Assembly: GCA_046761065.1 (NCBI GenBank) | Contig: JBHIFL010000023.1 | Span: 1-49,930, forward strand | Origin: Candidatus Heimdallarchaeota archaeon | GTDB taxonomy: Archaea; Asgardarchaeota; Wukongarchaeia; Wukongarchaeales; JBHIFL01 | DNA length: 49,930 nucleotides | Direction of reading: 5' to 3' | Part shown: positions 48,063 to 49,930 of the stretch, piece by piece | Numbering within the stretch: position 1 is the stretch's first letter | Layout: each line of letters opens with the position of its first letter | Made by a program: the position numbers and the translations under genes | The notes under the pieces: model-generated | The model's input: only the letters and a program-made list of their open reading frames with translations | What the model was told of the DNA's origin: nothing | The model's database searches: none

Positions 48063-49426
48063 CCTTGGCCACCGAAAATTTTCGCTTCGAGATCATCATA
48101 GAACATGGCTCGTCCAAGTTCGCCCCGCTGTCTTCTCACTTCCCGTAACCCCATTCCTCCCAGAACTTCTAATAATTGGTCTCGCCAAGCGGCTATCAAA
48201 TTAACTATTCTTTGAGCGGCCCACTCTACATCTTGCGGCTCTATTAGCAGCATACAGCTGTCGGAATGCTTATCCTCATAACAAACTCCACAGCCAAGGG
48301 CAATTTGATAAGCCAACCCAACAGAAACCGCATCAGCTCCAAGAATAATCGATTTAGGTACATGTGCGGCTTCCGCGATTCCCCCGCTAGAAATGAAAGT
48401 GATTTCATCTCTCATGTGTTTCGCAACTAGATGGGAATGAATCGAATGAATGGTGTTTGTAATATTCTCAGGAGTTTGCTCATGTACCTCATCATCATTA
48501 TACAAATGAATAATATCCGCACCCATTTTTGTCAAAGCTTCGGCGCATTCCCCAGATTTTTCATTATAAGGAACCCGAAAAGAAACTAAGACAGAACGAT
48601 TGGTTTCCTTGATTTGTTGAAGAGAATCTTTTAGTTCATTACCTTGGAGCTCGAGTTCAATGATCCTGGAAATTCGAATCAGGTCTTCAAATTCCTCTAT
48701 CTCATTAGGATGCATTCTCGGGATGAGATTCGCCTGATAAGGCATCAGATCGTCGGTATATCCCTTTGCATTTACAACCGCAAAAGTATTGAGTCTCGTC
48801 GCCGCTTTTGCTATAGTTAATTGAAGGGTTCTGTCGGACCTCGAAGGGAGCGGGGCATCTAAAATCATTGGGATTGGGATTTCGAACACTCTTGGAATAT
48901 CAGAAAGCAAGTTTCCGGCTTTATCGAACTCTAGGGATGCTAACTTTCTTCCCAAATCGACTGACGTTGAAATATATTCTCGCCCATGGATTCCATCTCT
49001 TGTTGGCCGAACGATCTCTGAGAAATCGAACCAAATGCTATCAAACCCATTCCCTGCAAACGACCCCCCATAGCCAGTTCCAGAAACCGGAACTCGCCCC
49101 GTTTCGGCTTCAAAATAGAGGGTCTTTATTCGTTCCGAGGTGAAATATGAGGTGCCCAATTTTTCAAATTCAGGATTGATCCCAATTGAAATAGCGCCTT
49201 TGGGGCATGCTAGAGCGCACAGGTGACATCCCCGGCATAGCTCATCAATTGGATCGGCCATTTGGCCATCTTTGCGGGTTCTATGCACTTCAAAGATACA
49301 GGCTTGAATGCACTCTTGAACGTTAACACAGTTATTATAGCGCTTGACTACGTATTTTGGCGGCAGCTTGATTTTTGCAGGGGTGTTTCTTACTTCAATA
49401 TGATACCTTTCAAAAAGTGCACCCAT
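48059..49426 (-). CDS. Ferredoxin plus degenerate glutamate-synthase FMN-barrel paralog
   Basis: CVNVQECIQAC, CRGCHLCALACP, SEIVRPTRDGIHGREYIST, SSGGI, LGADAV; lacks the MSxG, GEGG and GAKPG motifs. Confidence 0.85.
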   Translation of the reverse strand: MGALFERYHIEVRNTPAKIKLPPKYVVKRYNNCVNVQECIQACIFEVHRTRKDGQMADPIDELCRGCHLCALACPKGAISIGINPEFEKLGTSYFTSERIKTLYFEAETGRVPVSGTGYGGSFAGNGFDSIWFDFSEIVRPTRDGIHGREYISTSVDLGRKLASLEFDKAGNLLSDIPRVFEIPIPMILDAPLPSRSDRTLQLTIAKAATRLNTFAVVNAKGYTDDLMPYQANLIPRMHPNEIEEFEDLIRISRIIELELQGNELKDSLQQIKETNRSVLVSFRVPYNEKSGECAEALTKMGADIIHLYNDDEVHEQTPENITNTIHSIHSHLVAKHMRDEITFISSGGIAEAAHVPKSIILGADAVSVGLAYQIALGCGVCYEDKHSDSCMLLIEPQDVEWAAQRIVNLIAAWRDQLLEVLGGMGLREVRRQRGELGRAMFYDDLEAKIFGGQG

Positions 49427-49600
49427 TGTAAATCCCCAAGCACCTTCAGGTGTTTTTGCCCTATGTTTCGAAAATCCTACGTTGGTTTGAAGGCAGAAGA
49501 GAACCTATTTTCGCCATAACGCGTGTAAATTTCACTGGTCTCTTCCTTTTTCTATATGTCATATAACGTTTGGCTGCTCCCTCTTCATTGAACTTATCAA

Positions 49601-49651
49601 AAGAAACTACACTTGTCATAAGAAACTACACTAAATTGGAAACTTATAAAT
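49601..49651 (-). promoter_or_regulatory. Candidate promoter (TTTATAAG) followed by two direct repeats upstream of the glutamate synthase-like operon
   Basis: AAGAAACTACACT at 49601-49613 and 49620-49632; minus-strand TATA at about 49651-49644. Confidence 0.4.
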
Positions 49652-49812
49652 GTATCTATTTTCGGATCAGACAAAAGTAGGGAGTTTCATAGATGATACA
49701 AAACATTCGTGTAATGTTAATGGAAGTCGGGACAACCTCCTCATTTGAGGTTCTTTTCGAGTTATTTTAGCTGTGTATTCAATTTTGTGAGCAGGACGTG
49801 ATACCGAGTTGT

Positions 49813-49930
49813 TTACTGCTCAAGTTCACGGAGTTGTTGGAGCGCCGTTCTTCGTTGGTGGAGCACCTTTCTTTGTTGGAGATAATCCGCGATTTGCGAC
49901 TTTTTTTCTGAGTGATCAAGGAGACTATCA
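49813..49930 (-). CDS. Possible C-terminal end of a coiled-coil protein entering from the right edge
   Basis: Open frame DSLLDHSEKKSQIADYLQQRKVLHQRRTALQQLRELEQ*. Confidence 0.3.
   Translation of the reverse strand, partial: DSLLDHSEKKSQIADYLQQRKVLHQRRTALQQLRELEQ

Noticed and set aside
1504-49519. Numerous short antisense or alternate-frame ORFs in the ORF track (e.g. 2314-2607, 5425-5715, 15643-16029, 31140-31472, 39895-40470, 41480-41884)
   Set aside because: They are shadows of well-supported genes and have no independent motifs.

Overview
Archaeal chromosomal segment: it carries an archaeal histone, archaeal-type TyrRS, the AsnRS-derived archaeal asparagine synthetase and GGTGA/GGAG-type ribosome-binding sites. 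An anaerobic sediment lineage such as Asgard is plausible but cannot be shown from this window. The gene content is a mosaic dominated by amino-acid, acyl-CoA and nitrogen metabolism: asnS, tyrS, asparagine synthetase with a divergent Lrp/AsnC, an M28 peptidase, a 2-hydroxyacyl-CoA dehydratase/BCR-family subunit plus activator, an acyl-CoA ligase, a Liv-type ABC transporter, a Had-like Zn dehydrogenase, PanE, MccB and a CBS/CGL pair. There is also a VapBC module, a COG1361/MacB ABC module and several decayed pseudogenes in the long intergenic gaps. I found no tRNA, rRNA, CRISPR array, integrase or transposase. Best leads: (1) a tightly coupled six-gene operon joining a split glutamate-synthase-like complex (one FMN subunit looks degenerate) to EtfBA and a divergent ornithine-cyclodeaminase-fold protein, with no GltD; (2) a radical-SAM/HhH plus DUF4130 DNA-processing pair in which both proteins carry C-terminal PCNA PIP-box-like motifs; (3) two in-frame hairpin-forming insertions in cystathionine gamma-lyase; (4) a TA module bracketed by a diverged copy of the asparagine synthetase 3' end; (5) a GC-rich, multi-stem intergenic RNA candidate. 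All calls come from motif recognition by eye; no searches were run.
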